NCBI GenBank assembly: GCA_031549345.1
Contig: JAVBPY010000009.1
Span: 100,733-164,732, forward strand
Source of the DNA: Victivallaceae bacterium
GTDB lineage: Bacteria; Verrucomicrobiota; Lentisphaeria; Victivallales; Victivallaceae
DNA length: 64,000 nucleotides
Direction: 5' to 3'
The notes beneath the pieces are model-generated. The model was not told where the DNA came from and searched no databases. It worked only from the letters and a program-made list of their open reading frames with translations. Shown piece by piece: positions 17,807-27,748 of this stretch; within the stretch, counting starts at the first letter, position 1; each line of letters starts with the position of its first letter. A program made the translations under genes and the position numbers.

Positions 17807-20800
17807 ATTCGATTCCTTCCGCGCCCCCCTTGAAGGTGTTACCCTGGTCGAGGCCGGGGCGGGGACGGGAAAAACCTACAACATTCAGAATCTTTTCCTC
17901 CGTTTGCTTCTTCGCCCTTCCGCGCCGTTGCCCATCGGCAAGATCCTGGTTGTAACGTTCACCGAAGCGGCTACGGCGGAACTGCGGGAAAGGATCCGCC
18001 GGATCTTGGCCAGTGCCTTGGCGATGCTCGAAAACCACCCCCTCCCCGATCCCGCCGAGTATGAACGTCTGACGGAGCTTCTGCAAAACACCGCCCCGGA
18101 AACAGCGGCGGAGTTGCTCCGCGCCGCGTTGCGGAATTTTGACGAAGCGGCGATTTCCACCATCCACGGTTTCTGTTGGCGGATGCTTCAGGAAAACGCG
18201 TTTGAAAGCGGTGTCCGCTATGGTCTGGAATTGCAGAAAGATCCCGGAGCGATCCGCCAAACCCTCGCGCTCGACGCGTACCGGCGCGAGATGATCCCCG
18301 CCTCGCGTTTCAAAGCGGCCATCTGGCAGGTGCTCGGCTTCACCGGAGAAAGCCTGGAGAAAAAGTTGCGTCCGGCCCTGGAAAATCCGGAGCTCCTTCT
18401 TCATTACGGAGTCCCCATCAAACCCCAGGAAGAAGCCCTCCAAGCCTTGGAGGAAACCTGGGAACGTCTCCGCGGCGCCGCCATGGAAGATGTACTCCCC
18501 CTTCAAACGGCGACATTGGCGAAATTCGACTTTGAAACACGCCGGAATGCCGCCCAAAGCGCCTGCGCGGAAAATACGCCGGAACTGCTTGCAACGTTTC
18601 TTCCCCTCCTTGATTTCCCCTCTCACCTACGGGCCAAAACGCCGGCTGATTTCGCCGGACGCATCCAAGCGACCCCCTTCTTCGTTGCACTGGAAGCGTT
18701 GCGCGACGCGTTGGATGTTTACCGCGCCGCCGTGTTGAACGGTGTGCTTGTCCGCATTCGCGCTGATTTTGAAGCCCGGAAAAACCGTGATAATTTTATG
18801 ACGTTCGACGACCTCCTGCGCCGCCTCGACGAACGGCTGTGCAGCGAAACAGGCGAAGTACTCGCACGGAGCATCCGCAACCAGTACGGAGCCGCGCTGG
18901 TCGATGAATTCCAGGACACGGACCCTGTGCAATTCCGCATTTTCCGCCGTATTTTCGCCGGTTCCCCCAACCACGGGTTCTTTATGATCGGCGACCCCAA
19001 GCAGGCGATTTACGCCTTTCGCGGCGGGGATATCCATGCGTATTTGCATGCAAGGACACTGGCGGAACGAAGCGCCACCCTTACGCGCAACTTCCGCTCC
19101 TCCCCCGCGCTCGCGGCGGAATTCAATACTCTTTGGGGAACGCACCCCAGCCCCTTCGCGTTGGAAGGGATCGCATTTCCACCGGTGCGCGCAACGGAAC
19201 GGCCCGGTTTGTTGCGGAATCATCAAACGGACACGCATCCGTTGCGTTTCCTCGTCCCCGCGCGCGCCAGTGCCGACGAAGCCTTGCAACTTGCCGCCCT
19301 GGAAGTCCGGCGGATTTTCAGCGGCGCGGAAGATATTCGAATTCCACAGCCTGACGGTTCGTTCCGCCCGATACGTTTCGACGATTTGGCCATTCTCGTT
19401 CGAAGCAACCGCGCGGGCCCTCCGATGTTGGAATTCCTGAATCAACTGAATATTCCGGCCGTATGGGGAAAAGACGGCAATGTCTTCGATGCGCCGGAGG
19501 CGACTGAAATAGAAACGCTCCTGCGCGCTGTTTTGGATAACTCGGATCCCGGCGCGGCCGCCATGCTGCTTGCGGGTGAATTTCACAACGTATGCGGCGC
19601 GGAAATCCTCCGCCGCCGCGAAAGCGGAGAATTTGCCGGCTTTCAGCGGCAATTGGCGCGCCTCGCCGGGTATTGGGAGAAGGAATCCTTCCTCGCCATG
19701 CTCCACGCATACATGCACACGTTCAAGATACGCGAACACCTGATCTCCCTCCCGCAGGGGGAGCGGAAGTTGACCAACCTCCTCCACCTCGGGGAAATTT
19801 TGCATGGCGCGGCCCTGGAACGCCGCCTCGCCCCGGCGGGGCTGCACCGTTTCCTCCTCCGTCAACTCAATCCGGCCACGCGCGACGAAGAGGATGCGTA
19901 CGAACTCCGGTTGGCCACAGAGCGTTCGGCGGTCCGCATCCTGACCATTCACAGCAGCAAAGGCCTGGAGTTTCCCCTTGTTCTCCTGCCTGATTTGTAC
20001 AAACCGCGCTGGAAAGGGGCATCCTCCGGAGCGGCGATCAGCCATGCTCCGGACGGACGGCGCGAACTGGATCTTTCAGCGCAAGCGGAGCTGCACGAAC
20101 GAGGTGAATCCGAATGGCTTCAGGAATCGCTCCGCCTTGCCTACGTGGCCATTACGCGGGCGGTTTATTCCTGTACCGTTCTCTTCCCGGCAAACACAAA
20201 AGAAGGCCCCCTCCGCCACCTCCTCCCGGAAATTCCCGCGCGCCTCCAAACACCGTTGCCGCCGGAGGATTGGACGCCCCTCCCCGTTACGTCGCCTACA
20301 CCCGGAACCGGCGCGGCGCGAGTTTTCAGCGCAGACATCGCCGCGAACTGGAGGGTATGCAGTTTTTCCACCCTGAGCGCAAACGCTCCGGCGGAGTACG
20401 CCGCCGCCGACCGCGATGCCGCCACCGACCGACCGGAACCGGTTTTGGAGGAACCATCCGGCATTTTCCTCTTCCCCGCCGGGGCCCGTTCCGGCGACTG
20501 CTGGCATAAAATATTCGAGGACATCGACTTCGACGCATCTTACGAAGCGATCCGCGCCTGTGCCGCCGAGCAGCTTCGCTTCCACTCCCTCCTGGGGCAA
20601 AGTGCGGAAACGGCGGAAACACGCATCGGTCAAACCTGCGACATGCTCCGCCATGTGCTCCAATCACCCCTCCCCGGCGTCGATTTCCGCCTCCGCGACA
20701 TCGGACGGGCGGATCGCCTGAGCGAGCTGGAATTTCACTACGCCTTCCGCCGTTCATTCGACAGCGCGAGCCTCGCGGCGTTTCTGCGTCAAAAAGGATA

Positions 20801-21191
20801 TCCTCTGCCGGGAAAATGGGAACATGCCATCGACGGCGGTTTTATGACCGGATTCATCGACCTTATTTTCCGTTGCAACGGCAAATATTACATCGCGGAC
20901 TGGAAATCGAACTCCATCGGCCGTTCCTTCACCAACTTCCACCGCGCCGGGCTGGCGCGCGAAATGGAACGCCACGCCTACTGCCTGCAATATTTGATCT
21001 ACACCGTGGCGCTGGTCAAATTTTTACGCCAGAGGCTCGGAACGTTCGGCGCAGCGGAGTACGAACGTTCTTTCGGCGGAGTCTTCTATTTCTTTGTACG
21101 CGGCATCGACCGCACCGTGCCGGAACGTGGAATCTGGTTCGACCGCCCGGATTATGCGACAATCGCCGAACTTGAGGAGATGATCGGATGA
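17799..21191 (+). CDS. recB: Exodeoxyribonuclease V beta subunit RecB (UvrD-type helicase + PD-(D/E)xK nuclease)
   Basis: Walker A AGAGTGKT in an SF1 helicase core; C-terminal nuclease motif GFIDLIFRCNGKYYIADWKSN; start overlaps the recC stop by 8 nt (ATGAATGA). Confidence 0.9.
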   Translation: MNEFDSFRAPLEGVTLVEAGAGTGKTYNIQNLFLRLLLRPSAPLPIGKILVVTFTEAATAELRERIRRILASALAMLENHPLPDPAEYERLTELLQNTAPETAAELLRAALRNFDEAAISTIHGFCWRMLQENAFESGVRYGLELQKDPGAIRQTLALDAYRREMIPASRFKAAIWQVLGFTGESLEKKLRPALENPELLLHYGVPIKPQEEALQALEETWERLRGAAMEDVLPLQTATLAKFDFETRRNAAQSACAENTPELLATFLPLLDFPSHLRAKTPADFAGRIQATPFFVALEALRDALDVYRAAVLNGVLVRIRADFEARKNRDNFMTFDDLLRRLDERLCSETGEVLARSIRNQYGAALVDEFQDTDPVQFRIFRRIFAGSPNHGFFMIGDPKQAIYAFRGGDIHAYLHARTLAERSATLTRNFRSSPALAAEFNTLWGTHPSPFALEGIAFPPVRATERPGLLRNHQTDTHPLRFLVPARASADEALQLAALEVRRIFSGAEDIRIPQPDGSFRPIRFDDLAILVRSNRAGPPMLEFLNQLNIPAVWGKDGNVFDAPEATEIETLLRAVLDNSDPGAAAMLLAGEFHNVCGAEILRRRESGEFAGFQRQLARLAGYWEKESFLAMLHAYMHTFKIREHLISLPQGERKLTNLLHLGEILHGAALERRLAPAGLHRFLLRQLNPATRDEEDAYELRLATERSAVRILTIHSSKGLEFPLVLLPDLYKPRWKGASSGAAISHAPDGRRELDLSAQAELHERGESEWLQESLRLAYVAITRAVYSCTVLFPANTKEGPLRHLLPEIPARLQTPLPPEDWTPLPVTSPTPGTGAARVFSADIAANWRVCSFSTLSANAPAEYAAADRDAATDRPEPVLEEPSGIFLFPAGARSGDCWHKIFEDIDFDASYEAIRACAAEQLRFHSLLGQSAETAETRIGQTCDMLRHVLQSPLPGVDFRLRDIGRADRLSELEFHYAFRRSFDSASLAAFLRQKGYPLPGKWEHAIDGGFMTGFIDLIFRCNGKYYIADWKSNSIGRSFTNFHRAGLAREMERHAYCLQYLIYTVALVKFLRQRLGTFGAAEYERSFGGVFYFFVRGIDRTVPERGIWFDRPDYATIAELEEMIG

Positions 21192-22765
21192 CGGAAGATT
21201 TTTTCGACGACGCGGAACGGGAATTCGGCGACTTGCTCTTCCGTCTTTCCTCCCCGCAAGACCCGAAAATGGGGCGCGCCGGAGCGCTGGCTCTCCGTGC
21301 CGTGCGCGAGGGGCACAGCTGCCTCACCCCGTTGGACACGGACCTTCGTGAAGCACTGCTGCGCCAAAAACACCTCGCATCCCGGAACCCTGCCGATAGA
21401 ACGCCGCTGGTCCTGCGCGGGGACCGCCTTTATCTGCATAAATATCTTTGTTACGAACGGGAGATCGCCGCGGCCATCCGGGAACGCCGCGCCCTCCCCG
21501 ACCTCCCCGCCGTCGCGGCCGAAAAGGCGCACCGCTATTTCGCCGCCGCGCCGGAGGGCGAACAAACGCGCGCCGCGCACCTTGCCCTGACACGCCCCTT
21601 CGCCGTAATCACCGGAGGCCCCGGAACGGGGAAAACAACGGTGATCGCCGCCATCCTCGCGCTGGAACTCACCCGCGCGCCGGAACTTTCCATCGCGCTG
21701 GCCGCACCGACCGGGAAAGCGAAAGCACGCCTGGCGGAAGCCATTGCCGGCGAAATCCCCAACCTCCTTCTCCCTGCCCGGGAACGGTTGCACAATCTTT
21801 CCATCCAGACTCTCCATCGACTCCTCGGCTTCCGCCCCGACGCGGCGGAGCCGAAGCACAACCAAGAAAATCCCCTCGACGCGGATCTGGTGATTCTGGA
21901 TGAAGCATCCATGGTGTCCTTGCCTTTGATGGCGCGCCTTGTCCGGGCGTTGAAACCGGGCGCCCGACTCCTCCTCCTCGGCGATCCGAATCAGCTTTCG
22001 AGCGTGGAAACAGGGAGCGTCCTCGCAGATATCTGCCGGAGCTCCGTGCAACTCGACATCGCCCGCCTGACAATAAATCACCGCGCCCGGGAAAACAAAG
22101 AGCTTGTCGAATGCAGCGAAGCGTTGATCAATGCATCGCAACTCCTCGATGTGCAGACGGAAAAGTTCCGCTCCGCGCCGCTCCCTCCGCCGCAGGAACT
22201 CCGCGCCGCGCTGGCTCACCGCCTCCGGGGATGGGGGTTGTCGGACTGGAAAAACGCAGCGTCCCCCAAGGAAGCATTCGCGTACGCGCGAAAGGCGAAA
22301 ATTCTCGCAGGAATGCGCGAAGGACTCTACGGCGTAGGCAATTTGAACGCTCTTTGCGCCGACATTCTCGAACTCCCGCCGGAGGCGGACGGCGCACCCG
22401 TCATGATCCTCGCCAACGATCGCCGCACAGGATTGAACAACGGCGACATCGGCGTCCGCTGGCGGGGACGCGTATACTTTGAGGAGCCGGACCGTTCGTT
22501 CCTCCCGGAAGAACTCCCCATCCACGAACCGGTCTTCGCCATGACGGTGCACAAATCGCAGGGATCGGGATTCGACGACGTGCTTCTTCTCCTCGGCCCC
22601 GGCGACAACCCGGTGCTGACCCGGGAGCTCCTGTACACGGGCATGACGCGCACACGCCGACGTTTTGAACTCTGGACACCCGAAGAACTCCTGCAAAAAG
22701 TCATTCAACGCCCGACGGTCCGCTACTCCGGACTCTCGGAAGAACTGGAAGGAAAGATCGTATGA
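21188..22765 (+). CDS. recD: Exodeoxyribonuclease V alpha subunit RecD
   Basis: VITGGPGTGKTT Walker A and LILDEASMV Walker B/helicase motifs; ATGA overlap with recB. Confidence 0.85.
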   Translation: MTEDFFDDAEREFGDLLFRLSSPQDPKMGRAGALALRAVREGHSCLTPLDTDLREALLRQKHLASRNPADRTPLVLRGDRLYLHKYLCYEREIAAAIRERRALPDLPAVAAEKAHRYFAAAPEGEQTRAAHLALTRPFAVITGGPGTGKTTVIAAILALELTRAPELSIALAAPTGKAKARLAEAIAGEIPNLLLPARERLHNLSIQTLHRLLGFRPDAAEPKHNQENPLDADLVILDEASMVSLPLMARLVRALKPGARLLLLGDPNQLSSVETGSVLADICRSSVQLDIARLTINHRARENKELVECSEALINASQLLDVQTEKFRSAPLPPPQELRAALAHRLRGWGLSDWKNAASPKEAFAYARKAKILAGMREGLYGVGNLNALCADILELPPEADGAPVMILANDRRTGLNNGDIGVRWRGRVYFEEPDRSFLPEELPIHEPVFAMTVHKSQGSGFDDVLLLLGPGDNPVLTRELLYTGMTRTRRRFELWTPEELLQKVIQRPTVRYSGLSEELEGKIV

Positions 22766-25635
22766 AATGGGCAGCCGCTTTTTTCGCCATGGTTTGTATC
22801 GCTGCAAACGCGGATGATTTTTCGCCGCCGGAAGTTGCGCCGGAGGTCATGACCATCGGGCGCATGGATACGCCGCCCACGCTGGACGGGAGTTTTGCCG
22901 ATTGGCCCGCCGACACAAGCGTCATCCTCCTCGGGACACAGGAGAACACCTCTCGCCGCCGGGTCGGCTGGACGGGAACGGCCGATTGCAGCGGAGCGAT
23001 CCGGCTGGCCTGGGACGCGAAGTACCTGTATTTCGGCGCGGAAATTGCCGACGACGTGGTCAAAAACGCCGACACACCCGCCGCGATCTGGCAGGGCGAC
23101 GGGTTTGAACTTTTTTTCAACATCCATCCCGATCAGCAGCGGGTGGATGGCTTCTGGCAAATCGCCCTCGTCCCCCCCTTGGGGCCGAATGCGAAAATCC
23201 GCGCTTCGGGCCCGCAGAGAGATTTTGAAGATGTGGAAGGCGCGGCCGTCGTCCGTCCCAAAGGCTACGCGCTGGAGTGCCGGATACCCTGGAAAAACCT
23301 CACCGGCTTTACCCCTGAAAACGGAACATCCCTCGGCTTCCAGGTCTACATCAACGACCGCGACGCGAACAACAGAAAAACACAGCTGATGTGGTACCCG
23401 AGCGCGATCTCCTTCTCGCGCCCCCGCCATACGAACATCCTCCTCCTGCGCGATCAGGGCGACACAACGCTGCCACGCATCGTCGCGGGGCCGACAACGT
23501 GGTGCGTAACGCACCCGGAAACAATGCGGCTGAGCGCCATTGCAAATGCTCCCGGCGCACGCACCGCGCACATCACGCGCCTTGCGAACCCGAAAGAAAC
23601 CGTGGCGTTCGACCTGGCCCCCGCCGGGGAAAGCATTGCCGTCGGCCAGGGGCAATACAGTATAAAGGGACTCGAAGGTGAAACCGTCTTCGAGGTTGCC
23701 GTTCAAGACGCCACGGGAACGACCCTCGACGTAAATTACTTCACCGTCAACCTGATGGGAACGCGCTTCGTCGAAATGCAAAAGAAACACGACGCGCTGA
23801 AAAAACGGATCGCCGCATTGGGAAATGTCGATGAGGAAGCGTTTGCGGGCCTCAAGGCATGGATGACACGACTTTCCGCCTTCTACGCCAACGAGGCGCA
23901 CCCCACCACCCTGAGCGGGTTCCTCTGCGACCGGATGCTGGCGGAGCTCCGCGATCTGGAAAACGCCCTCGCCCTTCTGGAATCGGGCAAAGATCCGTAC
24001 ACCGGGCGCACGGGAGCATTCGTCCGCGCATACCGCTCGCCCCTGACACAGGGATACCGCGCCTGCGGTCTGTACGTTCCGGAAACATACACCGGCAAGG
24101 AACCCATGCCGCTTGTACTTTTCCTGCACGCCATTTTCGCGGACGAACGCCAGATATCCACGCTTACACCGCACTTCCGCGACCTCGGAGCGATCGTCCT
24201 GCAAGCGCCGTCGTACCGTCAATTCGATTGGAGCGGCGTCAGCGCGGCGGAAACATGGGCGGGGCTGGAGTATGTCCGCAAACACTACAACATCGATCCG
24301 GAGCGCATCACGCTTTTCGGCATCCACGGCGGCGGGCGCGGCGCATGGCAGCTTGCCTCCGGCCGCCCCGACATCTGGGCCGCCGCCGCGCCCCTTCTTT
24401 CCGGAATCGACGCGCGGCCGAATTACCCGGCGCTCCGGCTTTACCCCGAGTACTACGAAACAGCCACGCGCGTGCGCATCCCCTATCCTCAATACAAAAC
24501 ACCGCCCCCGCCGGAAGCGATCACTTCCCCGCTTGAACGGAAATTATTCGAGAAAGCCTCGCTCGCCGTTCCCCTGGAAAACATAAAAACACTCCCCTTG
24601 CGAAGCGCCTATGGGGAAGACGGGCCCGACGGCGCGGCGGAACGCCTTGCCATGCAAAAACGTTTTGCGAACATGGGTGTTCCCTTGCGGACGCATTACG
24701 AAGCCGGCATGATGCACGGGAGCATGCCCGACGAATCGCGCGATCCGAACTTTTACCGCTGGCTCGTTTCCCACAAACGCCCTCCGTATCCGCATAAAGT
24801 ATCGCTGACCGTCCCGGAACTCCGGTACAATACCGCGTGGTGGGTACGCGTCGACGCGTTGACATCGCCCGCCGAAATCGCGCAAGTCCATGCGGAGTAC
24901 GGAAAAGACAACGTTACGGTGCAAACAAAGAATGTATCGGCATTTTCACTCCTCCTCGACGAACGTCTTGCCCCGGCTCCAAGTGTTCTTCCCGTGGTTA
25001 TCGACGGATGCACAATCCCGGATGTGAAGATTCCCGCCACGATTTCCTTCATCCGTACGGGAATAAACACATGGAAAACCGGCCCCATCCCCGCCGGAAA
25101 GCGCCATGGCCTCTCCGGGCCCATCAACGATTTCCAGTTTGACCGCTTTATCTTTGTCTACGGCACGCAAGGCGACAAAGCGCAACAGGAGAAACGCGTC
25201 CGCAAAATGGCAGATTGGGGCCTTGGCGCTGTTTTCACCGTCAAAGCGGATACGGAAATTACCGAGGACGATATGGGCTCCGGAACAATCATCTGCGTAG
25301 GAACGCCCGCCGACAACGTTCTCCTGAGAAAAATGGAGAAGCAGCTCCCGATTGCCTGGAAAGATCAAGCGTTGGAAATCGGCGGCATCAAGATAGAAAA
25401 GCCGGGCGCGGGCGCGTGCCTGATCTACCCGAATCCCCTGGCCCCCGGGCGCTATGTTGTTGTTGTAAGTGCCGTTGACGAACCAGGCTACGCCGTCTGG
25501 AACTTCCGCGATCCCGGCGGGGACTATGTGATGGGCAATGTAACGACGCTCGACGGAAAATCCGCCTTCAACCCCCTTGTTCGCGGCTGGTTCGACAACC
25601 AATGGACATGGCAGCAATCGTTGACCGTTCAATAG
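22762..25635 (+). CDS. Secreted multidomain protein: CBM9/DOMON-like carbohydrate-binding domain + alpha/beta-hydrolase (esterase/peptidase S9-like) fold
   Basis: Signal peptide MKWAAAFFAMVCIAANA. N-terminal DGSFADWPA...LAWDAKYLYFGAEIADD...GDGFELFF segment is CBM9-like. Central LFLHAIFADE...FGIHGGGRGAWQLA resembles a nucleophile elbow but has His in the Ser position. ATGA overlap with the recD stop. Confidence 0.5.
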   Translation: MKWAAAFFAMVCIAANADDFSPPEVAPEVMTIGRMDTPPTLDGSFADWPADTSVILLGTQENTSRRRVGWTGTADCSGAIRLAWDAKYLYFGAEIADDVVKNADTPAAIWQGDGFELFFNIHPDQQRVDGFWQIALVPPLGPNAKIRASGPQRDFEDVEGAAVVRPKGYALECRIPWKNLTGFTPENGTSLGFQVYINDRDANNRKTQLMWYPSAISFSRPRHTNILLLRDQGDTTLPRIVAGPTTWCVTHPETMRLSAIANAPGARTAHITRLANPKETVAFDLAPAGESIAVGQGQYSIKGLEGETVFEVAVQDATGTTLDVNYFTVNLMGTRFVEMQKKHDALKKRIAALGNVDEEAFAGLKAWMTRLSAFYANEAHPTTLSGFLCDRMLAELRDLENALALLESGKDPYTGRTGAFVRAYRSPLTQGYRACGLYVPETYTGKEPMPLVLFLHAIFADERQISTLTPHFRDLGAIVLQAPSYRQFDWSGVSAAETWAGLEYVRKHYNIDPERITLFGIHGGGRGAWQLASGRPDIWAAAAPLLSGIDARPNYPALRLYPEYYETATRVRIPYPQYKTPPPPEAITSPLERKLFEKASLAVPLENIKTLPLRSAYGEDGPDGAAERLAMQKRFANMGVPLRTHYEAGMMHGSMPDESRDPNFYRWLVSHKRPPYPHKVSLTVPELRYNTAWWVRVDALTSPAEIAQVHAEYGKDNVTVQTKNVSAFSLLLDERLAPAPSVLPVVIDGCTIPDVKIPATISFIRTGINTWKTGPIPAGKRHGLSGPINDFQFDRFIFVYGTQGDKAQQEKRVRKMADWGLGAVFTVKADTEITEDDMGSGTIICVGTPADNVLLRKMEKQLPIAWKDQALEIGGIKIEKPGAGACLIYPNPLAPGRYVVVVSAVDEPGYAVWNFRDPGGDYVMGNVTTLDGKSAFNPLVRGWFDNQWTWQQSLTVQ

Positions 25636-25664
25636 GGTTTGGAAGAGTGGCTGGTCGGGGTGGC

Positions 25665-25742
25665 TGGGTAATGGGGCCCGCCCCTTGGAGACCTCGCACA
25701 AGGTCGCGGCCTTGATGCGCCTGCTTTACGGCGGGTTAACGC
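25665..25742. repeat. Extragenic palindromic repeat element, copy A (degenerate)
   Basis: tgatgggccc...cgcacaaggtcgcggccttgatgcgcc..ctttacggcgggttaacgc; shares the cgcacaagg / ttacggcgggttaacgc blocks with copy B at 35035..35139. Confidence 0.5.
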
Positions 25743-25786
25743 AAAGCACCACACAAAGCTTTGAACAAGAAAGTACAAGCTTAATA

Positions 25787-25831
25787 TTGCATGTAAGCGA
25801 AGCGCTTACAATGCATGTACCTATTCTTTTT
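25787..25831 (+). terminator. Putative intrinsic terminator after the recBCD-hydrolase operon
   Basis: Imperfect hairpin ttgcatGTAAGCGaagCGCTTACaatgcat (17-bp perfect palindrome core 25793..25809) followed by ctattcttttt. Confidence 0.4.
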
Positions 25832-25898
25832 CATGGTACCTGCTTTTGAGAAAAGCAAGGCAATACCCCATTGTATCCGATATGTCCTCCGGGGGAGC

Positions 25899-25927
25899 TT
25901 GACAAACAAAGAAAATAAAGTACATTC
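25899..25927 (+). promoter_or_regulatory. Putative sigma70 promoter of the orphan 554-aa gene (TTGACA - 16/17 nt - TACATT)
   Basis: Consensus -35 TTGACA at 25899..25904; AT-rich spacer; downstream AAGGAGG SD at 25963..25969 and TTG start at 25975. Confidence 0.4.
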
Positions 25928-25974
25928 TTTACAACCAACAAGATAACTTTAACTCCGGCAAGAAGGAGGATCTT

Positions 25975-27639
25975 TTGAAACCAGTGAAACATTGGCGTTG
26001 GAATGAAATCGGCCCGCGCGGATTGAGTATATTGGCGTTGCTGTTGAGTGCATTTCTTCTGTTCGTATTTTGGGCGATTACCCCGTTTGTCGTCGGCTGG
26101 CTTGCCGGGCACTCCAAATCGGTGAACCATACGCTTGCCAACGATTACGCAGTCTTCACTGCATTGTTTACGGCGTTCGGATTCTTCACCACCATCCTTG
26201 TAATACGTGCGAGTCATAAAGAACAAATTGAACACAAACGCCAGGAAAATCTGGTCTTTTCAAACTCCCTTCTTCTGCAGGGCGTCGAAATGTTCCGCAC
26301 ACAGCTCTCCGGGTTGAAGAGTCCGAGCGGATGCAGCGGACTCTCCGTCCTGGCTGAACTGCACCGGAAATATCCGGAAATGGAGCGGGAGGGCAACGAC
26401 GAATTTATCGCCGAAGCGCAACATGCCGGGATTGCGGAATGCGCGGCGTTTTTGAATTCGTTGTGCAATCGTCTTTCGCACTGGAAACTTTCCGCGCAAA
26501 TCAGCGACGCTTATAAAACCGACTTACGGGACATTCTCGGCGAAGACGCCGCCTTTGTCTTCGGGAAATACAGGCACAACCAGTGCCGCCTCTGGCTGCC
26601 GCGCAAATGGAGTATCCAGGACGAAATTTTATTCTATCCGCCGACGATCGCCGCAATGCTGGAAAATCTGCCGCAACACGAACGGGAGCACGTCATTCGC
26701 GGCATCGTCGATAAAGTTCGCTTATCCTACGTCATGACGGAAGAAGAGATCGGCTTCCTCCTTGAAGAATTCGTCGACAATCTTGCAGAACAGCAAACAC
26801 ACGCATCCTGGTTGCGGCTCTTGGACGCCTTGGAGGAGAAAATTCATCAGAATTGCTGGGATGTGCAAAAAGACATTCTGGAAGCCAGACTTTTTTCATT
26901 GCGCGGTCTTTGTCTGCAAGAGAAAGGATTTCAAGTATTCGAAGACCATTACGACAAGGCCATTGAAACTTTGCGCGAACTCAGCTTGCGGACAGACATC
27001 GCAGGAGATGTCAAACGGGAAATTTTTCGGCAGCTTGCCCGGGTAGAGCTCGAATTAGCCCAAAAAATTCCGTCTTCCGACAGGGAAACGCTTCTGCTCG
27101 CGACGGAGGCGCACATCCAAGAAAGTTTCGACCGTAGCCGCTCCGATGAAAAGGAAGCGCGCAAACACTGTATTTACTCCGCCATTCTCCGCGAAATGGG
27201 CAACAAGGAAAAATATTTACCCGAAGCGGAAAAAGAAGCCGCACTGGCACTCCAGCTCCATCCATCCAAAAACAATCACTGCAATTATCTGACTTGCTGC
27301 GACGACGTGATTCAACACGCAACGGAACAAAAAAAACACGCCGAAGCCGCCGCATCAATTGAGCCGGCGGAAAAAACGATGCATGCGTTGCGTGTGTTCC
27401 TCTACGACCCCAAAGTGCGGTTCGCCCGCATCAGGCACGGCCTTGTCATGACGAAATATTGCATCGCCCGGAAGGATTTTGCGATGGCGGAGGCGCATCT
27501 GGGACACCTCGGGAAAAATCTTGCCGCATATAAGAAAATTAAAGAACACAGTGTGCCGGATTTCGATCGATTCGATGCGGAAAAAACACGGCTCGAAGAC
27601 GAGCTCTTGAAATGCCAAAAATCGGAAAAAAGGTCGTGA
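25975..27639 (+). CDS. Hypothetical 2-TM membrane-anchored protein with large alpha-helical cytoplasmic domain (orphan; lower GC than neighbours)
   Basis: TTG start 5 nt after a perfect AAGGAGG SD; two N-terminal hydrophobic helices; no recognisable catalytic motifs; Cys cluster CNYLTCCDD; codon usage visibly AT-richer than flanking genes. Confidence 0.45.
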   Translation: MKPVKHWRWNEIGPRGLSILALLLSAFLLFVFWAITPFVVGWLAGHSKSVNHTLANDYAVFTALFTAFGFFTTILVIRASHKEQIEHKRQENLVFSNSLLLQGVEMFRTQLSGLKSPSGCSGLSVLAELHRKYPEMEREGNDEFIAEAQHAGIAECAAFLNSLCNRLSHWKLSAQISDAYKTDLRDILGEDAAFVFGKYRHNQCRLWLPRKWSIQDEILFYPPTIAAMLENLPQHEREHVIRGIVDKVRLSYVMTEEEIGFLLEEFVDNLAEQQTHASWLRLLDALEEKIHQNCWDVQKDILEARLFSLRGLCLQEKGFQVFEDHYDKAIETLRELSLRTDIAGDVKREIFRQLARVELELAQKIPSSDRETLLLATEAHIQESFDRSRSDEKEARKHCIYSAILREMGNKEKYLPEAEKEAALALQLHPSKNNHCNYLTCCDDVIQHATEQKKHAEAAASIEPAEKTMHALRVFLYDPKVRFARIRHGLVMTKYCIARKDFAMAEAHLGHLGKNLAAYKKIKEHSVPDFDRFDAEKTRLEDELLKCQKSEKRS

Positions 27640-27748
27640 TCGCGTTCCGTGGGGGGAATTGCCACAAAAAATCACACTGTTCTCCATTGCATTTCCCCTG
27701 AAGACGGTGTAATTTAATGCCGGAGGATATTGGAGGAATTATACAAGT

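Noticed and set aside
15769-22807. Long minus-strand ORFs (15769..16617, 15908..16651, 16916..17653, 17388..18626, 18627..20045, 21152..22807) across recC, recB and recD
   Set aside because: They are antisense to intact RecC/RecB/RecD reading frames that show full helicase and nuclease motifs; their composition is low-complexity R/G/A-rich
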